Shown: positions 1 through 12,452 of the stretch, piece after piece
Numbering within the stretch: the stretch's first letter is position 1
How the letters are laid out: every line of letters starts with the position of its first letter
NCBI GenBank assembly: GCA_951406725.2
Contig: OX597821.1
Location: 59,520,001 to 59,584,000, forward strand
DNA from: Octopus vulgaris
Taxonomy: Eukaryota
Direction: 5' to 3'
DNA: 64,000 nucleotides
The notes under the pieces: generated by a model
Told to the model about the DNA's origin: nothing
Database searches by the model: none
What the model saw: only the letters and a program-made list of their open reading frames with translations
Program-made: the position numbers and the translations under genes

Positions 1-900
1 CAAATGACAAAAAAAAAATTTAAATTAAAGAATTTGAAGTGATTTAGAAACATGATTAATTTTTGACACTTCTGTCAGGATTTGTCAGTGATAGTTACTA
101 AACCAAAGAAACTTATTCCCCTTAGTTTAGTTAGAAGAACATCTGTTGTGATGATTCATAATACTATGATGAAAAGTTTAATGTAATTATGGACACGTTC
201 AGTTAAAGGGTTTTCTCTCATAGAATGGGACTGATACCAAAAAACTTATGTTAGACAATAAGACATGAAAGGGGAGATTAGTAAATAAATGATCGTCTGG
301 ACAAAGGGATGTTCCTAGTCTCTCTCTCTCTTCCACCAAAAGCTAAAGTAGACTTTTAGTTAACTGAAGTAGACAAGACATGGTCACACCAACGTGAATA
401 AGCCAGCAAAGGCTACAGAGAAAGTGACTGAATTTAGCAATGATAAACTTTTCAAGTTATACTCAGTACAACTCTTTCATAATTATTATTTTCAGCACTG
501 AACTGTAACTGAATAGCTGGCTGGATGATCATTTCAGTAGAGGAGCAACCTTTATAAACCAGCAACAACTTCAGTTATGGTAAAAATAAATAAATAAAAA
601 GAAAATAAATACCTTTAAGAAGGCAGGAAATTAATAGGAGGAATGTTTATTGAGGATAAGTTAGTAATAGAGTAAATGTATGTAAGTGTACGTTTATATG
701 TTGGTATATACGTGCATGTTTGTGTGTGCTTGCACATACAGATATTACATACACACTGATTGCATTAAAAACTTCAGTTGAGGAAGAGATTCTGATGACG
801 AAAAGGAGAAAACTGGAATGAAATATGACCAAATAACATTGAGGGAGGATAGCAGAACTGAACGAAAAGGCATGATAAAAAAGATACACAGATAATCACC

Positions 901-1290
901 CTCATCACTTCATTTTAACACCCATTTTTCCAGGCTTGCATAAATCAGATGGAGTTTATTGAGGTAGATTTTCAACGGCTAGATGCCCTTCATATTGCAA
1001 ACCTTTACCCATTTCCAAGCAAAGTAATATTTCCCCATGACCAGACATGTTTTTATGGAAGATTGAAAATGAAGAACATTCATTCACAACAATCACACAA
1101 TGTCAACACAAGGAGAGAGACGTGTGTGCACACAACAGGCTTTTTCTCATTTTCTTTCTACAAGATCCCTTCATGAGGCTTTAGATGGCCCAGGGCTATA
1201 GTAAAAAAACACTCCTCAAGGTATTGCACAGTGGGACTGAACCTGAAACCATGTGGTTGGGAAGCAAATTTCTCAACTATACAGTCACAA
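901..1290 (-). mobile_element. Composite SINE: family A tRNA-like head plus an alternative 3' tail ending in (ATG)n
   Basis: Reverse complement of the head (gtggttg...ggttcagtcccactg) at 1190-1290 is joined to a tail with gatgccctt and catcat. Same layout as 53708-54152. Confidence 0.65.
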
Positions 1291-3002
1291 TTAATTTAAT
1301 ATGTGATAGTACAGATTTGTTAGATGGAAAAATAAAACTTAAACTGTATTTTCATTAAAAAAAAAACATCTTTTAGGGATTAAAACGGTTCATCAAGAAA
1401 AAAAAGAAAAAAATTTTGGCAAAGGAAGACAACTGATTTGTCAATATTTAAGATTGAAAAGAAAATTTTTAAAAAATAAAGACCTGTATATTTTCGTAGA
1501 TATAATGGTAAATCCATATTGTCTATTCATAACATGATTTGTTGTAAATAAGTGAAAATATAAGATTTAGCAGAACATCAGGAACAAGGCAGGAGTATGA
1601 AGTATAATGGTTCAATACTAGTTGTTAGCTGAAACTTCATGACACTGATCATATGAAAGGTAATTGGTGAAGAAACCATAGAGATAGGTGACGTAGATAC
1701 AAAGAAACATTTATGCTTAAATCCAACTTATGATTTTCTGACTCCCAGAGAAGGCCATCCTCTTTCAGAAGTTCTTCAATGTATACCAATAAAAAGCAAC
1801 ACCAAATATTGGATTTTTAACAAATCCATCATTCATGAAATTAAAAAAGTGGATTCATTCTTTCAACTGTGACAAAATAAGTGGGACTGATGAAAATATG
1901 AGAGAGGGAAACAAACTTTGATATGGTACTGGACAACAGGAGGATGGTTCAAACTGTTTTGATTTCTGACCATGTAGTAATACTACTGTGTGTAGTAATG
2001 GTTTTAAAAAGATTCAGTAAGTTGTTGCTATTGTTATTACAGTACCATAAAAGTTTTAAAAACTAAAATACAGAACTGTATGTCCATGATAAAGATGAGA
2101 GAGACAGAGTCACATCTAGACCACTAGGTGAACAATTGATTGTTGCTAATAGCAATATCATAACTTTGAAAGCAGCCACTGGACAAAGCTATTAGAGATC
2201 AATATCAAATCAATACATAGATTGAAAAATAGATGTATGTCATTTAAATTTTTTATCACAAAACATGAATGGGACATGGATTGAAAAACTTGCTATAATG
2301 CAGAGTGAAGACAATATTAAGAAGTGAACAGAAAAAGAAAATTTGGTAAAATCAGCAAATGATTAATAAAAGTTTACCTTAGAAATTGATTTCTTCCCTA
2401 TTTCCCCAGTTTTGAAAGCAATAATATTTTATCTTCATCTTGAAACAACAAAAACACATAACAGTTTTGTTTCCACGGCAACTCTTCATTAAAATGTTTT
2501 TGTTTCTATGACATGATGTAATATAACAAGAATCATTTTTCTTTCTATGCTTAGCTTTGAAGTAAATTATTATCAATTAATTACTATGCAACATAACTAA
2601 TTACTGAGTAATATATAAATTCCTGTTTCAACACACTGTTTCACACCAGGAATCTTGCAAAATGAATTGATAAATATATAAATTAATGTTTTAATTTCAT
2701 TTCTTAAAATTCTTTGCTCAGTTGCTACCAACTTGTCACACATTCAAACATACTACAAAATGAACAATCTGCAAAGCTGGACAGTAGCTTAAGAGTGAAT
2801 ACAAGAATCCCAATCAGAGATTAACCTCCAAACATTATCAGATTATCGTTGATATATAGACTTGCATGTCCCACACCCCACCCTTCTGCTATTCTCGGAA
2901 GTGAGATAATCTTTTAACATTTGGCTGTGACCTGTACTCAAAAATCATGACACTAAAAACAAACACAAGAGGAATATGCTGAAAGTTATAGTACATAAGC
3001 TA

Positions 3003-3105
<103 letters not shown>

Positions 3106-4115
3106 ACTTTTATTATTGGCAATGTCCCTTTTGTGAAACATAAGCAAAAAGGATTTGTATCCTGAGCATGAAAACTTCCAAGATGAAACTAAGAAAGTAA
3201 TAGTATTTAGAAAATGGGTGTACACCTATAAGATAAATAGATAAACATACCAACAGAATTTTAGTAAATCGTGATTATCTGTTGATGTAAATGTTAGAAG
3301 ATGTATCTTTTTATGAAGTACAGAATAGAATAAAAATGAATAACAGATTATAATTAAGATTCATAAAAAAACATTGTTTCATAAATGAATATTATTTTGT
3401 CAATTTTTACGAAATGAATTGAGTCAAAAGAAAAATTATGAGTTAGAATTTATGCAGTAAAAAAAAAATGAACAAATATAATACAATACAAACCTAAAAT
3501 AAAGCAATATTAAAATGCCAATTTGGTGCAGAAGGTAGGAACAGTAAAATTCTTACTGCTTCTATTATGTACACAAGCTAATATAGGTTAGCACTAATGA
3601 TCAAAATAATAAACAAGTCCTTTGATAGACAAGGTCAGTGTGTTTAAAGTAACAGCTGCCATCAGATTAGGTAGTCAGATGTAGGTTTTATTGGCTTGAG
3701 CTGAATTAGTAGAGAGATCAACCAAATAAGAGAAATGTAATATTGATGTACGAACCTCATGTCATTATAACTTGCTACAGAGTGGAAAAAAATTGTGTAC
3801 TTAGACGATTTTTTTCCACTCTAGTTAGCTAATTAATAGACCATAACTAAGAAGCTAGTATAGTGTCAGGGCATGCATTTAATCACAGAGACTGTGTTGT
3901 ATGTGAGTTTTGTAAAACACTGAACTTTTTTTATTCCTTTATCCCAACTGAACAACAGACCAGATAAAGGGAAAGGGAGAGAACAGCTTCTAGTGGCTGA
4001 CTAACTTCAAACTAAATATGGTTCAAAGTACAGAGATGAAAATCCTCTCACATGAGGACAAATGTGAGAAGTATTTAGCTACCAGCTATTAGACTACCAT
4101 CTCTCTTCTCTCCCT

Positions 4116-4152
<37 letters not shown>

Positions 4153-4310
4153 AATTGAGATAGGGGTTGTAAATGCAACCCTCCATGGGATAACATATAT
4201 CCAATATACTGCTAGTGAAGTACCCAACAAAATTAATACATAAATGATAATGATTGCGATGCAATTAATTCATTTACTGTATTATATAGGCTGGCAAAAT
4301 GACCATTCCG

Positions 4311-4364
<54 letters not shown>

Positions 4365-4623
4365 TTAAGTAGACAAATAAATTATCTTATTACGGATAAT
4401 TCGAGAGATAACCGATACCTGGGTAGCAAAATTCACAACAGAAAGGGCACGGTTGAAGTTATGACCATAGGGCATAAAATCCGTGCCTTAGTGCAGAAAT
4501 TTGAAGTTTTATATATTAAGTATAGGAAAGAATGGAGCTGAACGAAGATTTAACAATACTTAATATATATATATATATCTGAAGAAAAGATGATGATGAT
4601 ACAATAATAAATAGTACACTTAC

Positions 4624-4827
4624 TGAAGTATTTTAAAGTTTCTTCGATTTGTTCAGTAGTTAATTCAAGATCGTCATCCAAAGGAATTAAAGGGGTTTGA
4701 ATCCAGTCTTCGTTGTCATACCCACGGAAATCTGTTATAGTATCAGCCCGAAGTTTGTATTTAGGAATTTGTTCTTCAAGAAGACTTAAGATCTCAACTT
4801 CAGGTAAATCTGCCCGGTTACACACGT
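4624..4827 (-). CDS. TRAK1: Milton/TRAK1-2 (trafficking kinesin-binding protein) internal coding exon, start of the HAP1_N region
   Basis: Translates (D)VCNRADLPEVEILSLLEEQIPKYKLRADTITDFRGYDNEDWIQTPLIPLDDDLELTTEQIEETLKYF, which closely matches the recalled TRAK1 N-terminus (DVCNSTDLPEVEIISLLEEQLPHYKLRAD...LTTEQIEETLKYF). Acceptor is tattttacag|AC at 4828/4827 and donor is TTCA|gtaagt at 4624/4623. Length 204 nt, phase 1-1. Confidence 0.95.
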
Positions 4828-4869
4828 CTGTAAAATAAGAGAAAAAAAATTTAATAATAATAAGAAGAA

Positions 4870-5425
4870 TAAATGCCCTGATGCAGGACCAGGATGAGGT
4901 TTCAAGGCTTCTCATCTTAACTGATTGGAAGTGTTATCATGTACATTGTTTTGACTTGGTATAAAAGATGGACTACAGCAAATATTCTGCTTAATACCAC
5001 AGATCTGCTTGTCAGTTGTTTGACCTTAACCAGTTGACCATGTCCCTTAGTGGCTGCCAATATGTGCATCTCTAACCACAAGCAGAAGTAGTGGGGGAGC
5101 ATCATAGCCATGTGTTGAGAGGGATTCTTTGAGATTTCAATAATTTACCTCTGGAAACATCGGTGTTACATTCAGCATTCTTAAATAACCCTTATTCAGG
5201 GACCTTTTGAGCAGGATGGGCTACTCGACCTGAAGAAAATTCTAACTGGGCCCCACCTGCAAGGTCATGTGCTGTTTCTCTTGATATGAGATCACCATGT
5301 TGCGCACATATGGTTGTGATGCATGTGGCTGGCGTACCCTTATCAGATGGGTAGACATGATGGGTATATTGGGCTTCATATATTTGTACCCCAGTGTCAC
5401 TTTGATGTCATACACTGCTCTCTCA

Positions 5426-5464
<39 letters not shown>
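4870..5464 (+). mobile_element. Dispersed repeat ending in (TAA)n, probably a non-LTR retroelement 3' fragment
   Basis: A partial inverted second copy lies at about 59170-59330 (gaatccctctcaacacat...gagatgcacatat...aaggtcaa...atctgtggtatt). Flanked by TAA repeats. Confidence 0.6.
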
Positions 5465-5465
<1 letters not shown>

Positions 5466-5467
5466 GC

Positions 5468-5498
<31 letters not shown>

Positions 5499-5682
5499 AT
5501 TATAAATTAGTTTATTAGATAAAAAAGCAAATAGGATGGGTTGCTTGTTAGTGAGACTTGTTGAATTTATATGAAATCTCAGTCGAAATATCAATACAAG
5601 ATCTGATAGTCTAGAAATACTTTTGCAGAAAAAATTCCAAACTATAAACCCCACAAAAAACTCTTTCTTTAAAAAAAAAGTT

Positions 5683-6247
5683 GAGGCACAAGCATTGTTA
5701 AGAAGCTCACACTGCAACCATGTGTTCTTGATTTCACTGCACAGCACTTAGGACAAGCATCTTCTACTATAGCCGTGGGCAAGTGAATTTGGCAGATGGA
5801 AACAGGTGGAAACTCATCATGGATCTATGTGTGTGTGGGGTGGGTGGGGGGGCACTGGTGCAGGTGTAAAGTAAAAAGCACCCAGCACACACTGTAAAGC
5901 AGTTGGCATTAGGAAGGACATCCAGCTATAGAAACCATGTGAAATCAGGCAGAGCTTTACACAGTCTTTTGTGCTTGCTAGCTCCTGTTAAACCATCCAG
6001 CCCATACCAGCATGGAAGACAGACATTAAATGATCATATGCGTGTGTGTGTCTATCCTCATCTCCCCTATGACAACTGGTGTTGGTTTGTTTATGTCACT
6101 GTAATGATGGAATAAGAACCTGAATGATTGAATAAGTACCAAACTTAAAAAAAAAAACATAGTACTGAGGATGATTTGTCCAACTAAAACCCTTCAAGGT
6201 GATGCTCCAGCATGGCTAGAGTTCAATGGCTGAAATAAATAAAAGAG
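5683..6247 (+). mobile_element. Degenerate SINE family A with a nested family C fragment (about 5855-6035)
   Basis: A head at 5683, A tail ctccagcatggc...ctgaaataaataaaagag, and an internal aagcacccagcacac...ggaaggacatccagct...taaatgat segment. Confidence 0.65.
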
Positions 6248-6605
6248 GTCTTGTCCAACAAATACCTGAGTTATTCATATTTCTTCCTCTAGAGCCATCT
6301 TCCTTTTGTATATTAGGTATTTTAACACAGCAAATATTTTCTTAATAACAATTACATAAATAATAAGGAAGCAAACTTCATTTTACCTTATTCTACTCAA
6401 AATCTACATTGGGACGGTGGCAGATGTATAACTACAAGGATGGCATTAGCACATATTTCCTTTAAATTTACATAAAGTATGTGAGTTAACAAACAAGAGA
6501 TATTCTACAGACTATCTTACCTGACACCTAATTTCACTTGGGAAGAGATAAAGTATGCATGAAAACAAACAAACAACACATCCTTTGAATAAATAAATAT
6601 ATGTA

Positions 6606-6778
6606 TTTTATCGTTTACTTGTTTCAGTCATTAGACTGCGGCCATGCTGGGGCACTACTTCAAAGAATTTTACATGAATGAATCAGCCGTAGTATTTTTC
6701 TTTTTGTTTTAAACCAGGTACTTTTTCTATCAGTCTCTTTTTCTAAACCACTAAGTTACAGGGACATAAACATACCCC

Positions 6779-6814
<36 letters not shown>

Positions 6815-6960
6815 ATATATATTTACTCATATGCACAAGCTTCTTTCAGTTTCCTTCTACCAAATCCACTCACAAGCCTGAGGTTATAGTAGAAGACACT
6901 TGCCCAAGGTGCCATGTAATGGAACTGAGCCCAGAACCAAACTTCTTACCGCATAGCCAC

Positions 6961-6965
<5 letters not shown>
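6606..6965 (-). mobile_element. SINE family A copy
   Basis: tttacttgtttcagtcattagactgcggccatgctgg...gacacttgcccaaggtgcca matches the reverse complement of the family consensus seen elsewhere in the window. Confidence 0.8.
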
Positions 6966-7015
<50 letters not shown>

Positions 7016-8584
7016 CTTAGTTTGTCCATCATTGTCCACAATGACCAAGGACAACACATGAGAAAAGAAGACAGGGCACAGTGTCTCCACCTGTGGCCAA
7101 TCAGTCCGATGTGTGCTTGGAAGGCTCAGCCACAGGTCAGGTACTAATGGTCTGCTGGGACTGAAGGTGAGGAGTTGGCTCTGGATTTGTGCAGTTTGTG
7201 ATTGTTGTTTTTTTTTTTTTGGTGTATTGTGCACCCCTATTGATATAGATTCTCTCTCTCACACACACACACACACAAATTACAACTGGAAATGAAGTTG
7301 TCATAATATAAAAATTCTTGAAATAAAGAAAAAGATTAAGTTAAAATTTTGTACAAAATGTGAACTTGTGAATCAAACCCAATTTCAATATAAAGTTTAA
7401 TGGAATTGCTGAAAATTTTTTTATAAATGTTGAGTAATAAATATACTTAGTGAGTTGTGTTTGTTTAGTTTGTGTTGTTCTCTCTGTCCTTCAAATTATC
7501 TTAGCTGCCATCTGTTAAGTGCAGTCTGCAGATGTTCTATGTTTAGGAAAGAAACACTATTCTGCACAACTCCCAAGAGAGAAATTTTTATGTAAGTATG
7601 GTGGTTTATGTACGAAGGAGATGCTAAGGTGAGTATAGCAAGTTGGAATATATTTCGAAAGGCAGTTATGGAAAAGAAGATCATAATAAATCAAATCACT
7701 ACAAGCCCCTATGATTGCTGCAACATTCATAACACACATATAAGGTAATAATCAGAACAAAAAAAGAAAAAAACAAAAAAAGAATACTTGGGCAACAAAC
7801 TGAAAACAAACAAGAAGAAAGTTTCACAAAACCTACCACCAGTCATTATTGTAAAGACAGGAAGCAGCAAAGCAGTGAGGAATCTGTCATAAAAAATAAA
7901 CTAATCTAGGTGATACTTGGGGGTTAGGATCATAAACTTCCAGCAACATTTGTAGAATGATGGAAATATCTATTTAGAGTTAGGTAGTAGTTTGTGTGTG
8001 CATATATATATATTCGCACCAACCCACACAGCAGTTTACATTCAAGGGGAGGTAATTTATCTGAAATTATTTTGGATAACTTAAGTGATTTAATTTTTAC
8101 TCCAAAGAGTGGTGGTGGTCGTGGTGGCGGGGGGAGTGAAATATAGTACAATGTATTCATAACCTTGTGTGTGTGTGTGTGTGTGTGTAAAATATAATTC
8201 GTACTGAAGAATCAGTTACATCCAGTTCAAGTGGTTTGCATTTGGAAGGGCATCCAGCTGTAAAAACCATGCCAAAACTGACCCCGCCTGTGCTGGCGGC
8301 ATGTAGAAAGCACTCAGCCCACTCTATGCGTGGTCCAACAAAAACAACTTGTATTAAATAACAGGCTAAAATATAACCTACATCTTAGAAAACCATAGCA
8401 ATTAAAATCCAAATTTATGCTAAAAAAAACCCAAAAAAGTCCATAGAACAAGAGATGGAATTATCATCTTTAATTTTGTAAAATGATACAGTTGTCTTTC
8501 ATGGCCCTAAAAGAGATTGTATATTCTGCATAAAAGGATTGTTTATATCTATAGGTAGGTGCATCAGCTGTACACACAAACATC

Positions 8585-8925
8585 TGAAACTACATTCAAA
8601 AGAAGGCTATTCAATAGATTAGTAACAATTCACTCATCAACAGGCTGCAACCCTTTGCTTTCAGATACTCTGTTCCCTTCATCTGCCTCTCCAATACCCT
8701 CAGCTCTAAAGAGCAAGCTAAATGTATACCATTTACACTCCTGCTCTCCCTCTCTCTCCATTTAGACTCACTGTTACACCTTCAAGAGCAATACTAACCA
8801 TCTCTCCAATTCTTCTTCTTTTGGGATTCTAACCCTCTGGAATTCCATCCCTGCCCATGCTTTCCCTGCAAACAGTGATTCTACAAATTATCAAAGAGAA
8901 TATCGTCTCCCTCAACCTACAACTC
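8585..8925 (+). mobile_element. Highly degraded CR1/L2-like LINE RT C-terminal fragment
   Basis: Residual peptides IQKKAIQ...LQP...LWNSIPAHAFPA resemble the LWNSLP end of CR1/Jockey-group ORF2. Followed by (CTA)n(TAA)n. Confidence 0.45.
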
Positions 8926-8968
8926 ACCTTCTGTTTAACTTTACTACTACTACTACTACTACTACTAC

Positions 8969-9002
<34 letters not shown>

Positions 9003-9054
9003 TTTTTTTTTAATTCAGACAAATATGGAAAACGGACTCTAAACGATGATGATG

Positions 9055-9210
9055 AAAACATCAGGACTTATAAGTGTATATAACACATCCTTCATATAGC
9101 ACTTTCGAACAGTGAAAAATAAGAGCACCATGACAAACCATGGCACATACTCAAGGCACAGAGAGCTGTGAAAGCATGTGATAAAAAGAAGACTACTGAA
9201 TAATAATAAT
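9055..9210 (+). mobile_element. 3' end of an R4/Dong-like non-LTR element
   Basis: Ends gtgaaagca...aagactactgaaataataataat, the same 3' end as 43560-43975. Confidence 0.5.
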
Positions 9211-9422
9211 CCTTTCTGATAAAGGCACAAGGCCTGAACTTTGTGGGGAGAGGGGACTAGTCTATTACACTGAACCCAGTGTTTCACTGGTATTTAATTT
9301 ATTGACCCCGAAAGGATGAAAGGCAAAGTCAACTTCAGTGGAATTTGAACTCAGAATGTAAAGATGGACGAAATGTCACTAAGCATTTTACCTGGCATGC
9401 TAATAATTCTGCCAGCTCGCCA
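9210..9422 (-). mobile_element. SINE family B copy
   Basis: ttgaccccgaaaggatgaaaggcaaagtcaac...gaatttgaactcagaa...ctgccagctcgcc, flanked by (TAA)n. A second degenerate copy follows at about 9485-9667. Confidence 0.8.
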
Positions 9423-10765
9423 CAATAATAATAATAATAACAATAACAATAACAATAATAACAATAATAATAATAATAATAATACTGATGGCTCTAAATT
9501 TTGGAACAATGTCAACAGTCTTTTATGGAAGGAGGAAGTCAATTATATTGACCCCAGCACTTGACAAATACTTATTTTATCAACCCTGAAAAAATGAAAG
9601 TCAAAGTCAAATCTAAAGACAAATGAAATGCCATGAAGTGCTAGAAATTGTGCCAGCTCACCACCTTGATGGTAATATTAACAGCAACAACAATTTGTTA
9701 TTAGCAACGAATGATTAATAATAGCTCAGTAGCATGATATATGAGGGAGATTTAAAGAAATGTAAAAGAAACTGAGACAGTGTGTTGTTTGCAAATGATG
9801 TCAAGAAAGGGAGGCAGGATGGAAAGAAACAGCTGAAAGCTTTACTGTGTTGTTAGGGTGCAGTCAGCAACTTAAGAATAAATAAATAATATGAAAAAGA
9901 AAACTTTTGGGGTAATGGTAGGGGACAAAAGAGAGATCTGATAAAAAAAGTATCTTCTTGCTGACATTCTTCAATTGGTGAGATAATGTTCAACTGAACT
10001 GGGTCAAATATGTCGGTGGCTCACGGTGCTAAGCAGCAGATATTTATGCAACATTCTAGGATAGGGGAATTTTGAACCCTACCAAAAATTATTCCAGGGT
10101 CAAAATTTGACTCTGCAAAGAAACCTGCAATTATATTATTTGAATGTCAAATTTCTAATACCAGAATGGTTAACTGACAGAAAACCAATCAATTTTGGAT
10201 TTGTTACACTAAGATTTATCATGTGTTAATCTAGTCCAAGTTAACTCCCCTGATCCATTGTTTGAGTGAGATGATCGTATTTTAACCATGTTAAAACGAA
10301 TGTCTATTATAATGTGTATTATTTATTATTTTGTATTAAGATCAGAGTACAGTTTAGATTAGGTCTGTAGCTGAGGTTTGACATATCATTGCAATTCATG
10401 AGGTAACAATCAATGCAGTCTCTTGACCCAGCAGAAACCACCTTGAAATCAAACTCCGCCACCTTAGAAAATGAAGGATTTATAACTCTAGATAAACTGT
10501 CTGAAAGAAGATGAGAAGCTGGGATGATCATGGTTGGAATATACTTGACGATAGTTCAACTTAATGAATAACAGCAATGACATATTCGTTATAATCTTAT
10601 ACTTAATACCTTAAGATCAATTTATAAGCAAATGATCTTGAAAGATTTGCAACACTAAATTATGCTTATTCCATTGTATTGTCTTACGTTATCTTTTGAT
10701 AAATCTTTAATATACATCATGAGAATTTATTATGAAGGGTTATTTTTTAAAATTTCTTATCTTAT

Positions 10766-11135
10766 GGGTCCAGGTATGGCCATGTGGTTAAGAAGCTCAC
10801 TTTGCAACCATGTGGTGTGGGGTTCAATTCCACTCCCGTGGCACAAAGGGTAAGTGTTTTCTGCTATAACCTTGGGCTGACTAAAGCTTTGTGACGGATT
10901 TGGTAAATGGATACCATGTGCAAGTCCATGTGTGTGTGTGTGTGTGCTTGTCCCCATCCATGACCACCACTAGAAAACTGGTGTTGGTTTGTTTACATCT
11001 CTGTAACTTGGCGGTTCCGAAAAAGGGGTTCATAGAACATCAATTACTAGGTGGTCAATTTGTTTGACTAAGCCTTTAAGGTAGTCCCCTAGCACAGTCG
11101 AAGTACAATAAGTGAAAAAAGTGAAAGATAAAAGA
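10766..11135 (+). mobile_element. SINE family A copy (degenerate)
   Basis: tggccatgtggttaagaagc...ggttcaattccact head, (TG)n spacer and family A tail. Confidence 0.7.
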
Positions 11136-11558
11136 CCTTGTTTGCTTCAAAGGTTGCAAAGCACCTATGTTATCATGCTCACATCATTCAACATATTCAC
11201 AGCTGGGACAGCAAATTGGGATGATTCAAGGATTCAGCTCAACGCTGACTAGAGATTGGGTTTTGGAATGGTTTTTTGTTGCCTTCTCCATATTATATGA
11301 AAGAAGACTTGAACTTAAAACTGCAAATAACACAATGCTTCTGCTGTTTAAACCTGTACAACATATCTATCAATATGTAGGATGAACTGAAATAAGAATT
11401 AAATGCATTGTCTATGGACATCATAGCAGCTTTGACAAAATGAAACAACTCAAACATTCTGTCATGAGTAAGACATAGAACTGTACCTCCTAACACATTT
11501 CTAGGCTTGCCATTATTGAGAAAATAAATGTGTAGTGCAGTCTAAAAACCGAACACCA

Positions 11559-11768
11559 TTAACCTTTTAGCATTTGAACTTGTCATATGCAACCAAAATA
11601 TTCTACCTGTTCTATGTTCAGACAAACCAGATCTGACATCTCATACCAACCTTACAATGTCATTCTAAAAATAAACAATCACATCATTGAAATCTCAAAT
11701 CCACATGATAATGCAGGATTAATTCAAGAGAATTTGAATATATAAGTATTAAATTTGACAGAATAATC
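11559..11768 (-). mobile_element. TTAA-type MITE family 1 (partial, reverse orientation)
   Basis: ttaaccttttagcattt...tacaatgtcattctaaaaataaacaatcacatcattgaaatctc is the reverse complement of 15580-15803. Confidence 0.7.
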
Positions 11769-12075
11769 CTTTCTACTATAGGCACAAAGCCTGAAATTTG
11801 TGTGGATGGGTAAGTCAATCACTTCTACCCAGTACATGACTGGTACTTAATTTATCAACCCTCAAAGGATGAATAGCAAAGTCGACAACACAAATGCTAA
11901 ATTCCATTACACTTAGCAAAAAATGTGTTATTTATTTATCTCAAATTCTGCAATGTTCCTAAACATAGGTATGCAGTGAAATGTGTCTAAGTAATGTATT
12001 TTTATGATTATAATGTATTTGAGAATGACATAAACATTATAGCACAATGTACTCAGTAAAAGATTTACTTTATTC

Positions 12076-12452
12076 GTGGCACTCCGTTGGTTACGACGAC
12101 AAGAGTTCCAGCTGATCCGATCAACAGAACAGCCAGCTATTAACATGCAAGTGGTTGAGCACTCCACAGACGTGTGTACCTTTAACGTAGTTCTCAGGGA
12201 GATTCGGCATGACACAGAGTGTGACAAGGCTTGCCCTTTGAAATACAGGTACAACAGAAACAGGAAGAAAGAGTGAGAGAAAGTTGTGGTGAAAGAGTAC
12301 AGCAGGGTTCGCCACCATCCCGTGCCAGAGCCTGATAGAGCTTTAGGTGATTTCACTCAATAAACACTCACAACGCCTGGTCTGGGAATCAAAACCGTAG
12401 TCCTACAACCGCAAGTTCACTGCCCTAACCACTAGGCCATTGTGCCTTCACT
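12076..12452 (-). mobile_element. SINE family D (tRNA-derived head), long form
   Basis: The minus strand begins ggcacaatggcctagtggttagggcagtg...ggttttgattcccagacc (A and B boxes). Homologous to 57249-57514 and 51856-52090. Confidence 0.8.

Noticed and set aside
792-803. ctgatgacgaaa hammerhead-like core
   Set aside because: No stem II or flanking stems can be formed.
4550-4915. Full 121-aa ORF as a standalone gene
   Set aside because: Only 4624-4827 is exon. The flanks are intronic read-through beyond the splice sites.
6516-6560. Strong minus-strand donor CAG|gtaaga as an alternative Milton exon
   Set aside because: There is an in-frame stop just upstream in the required phase and no convincing acceptor.
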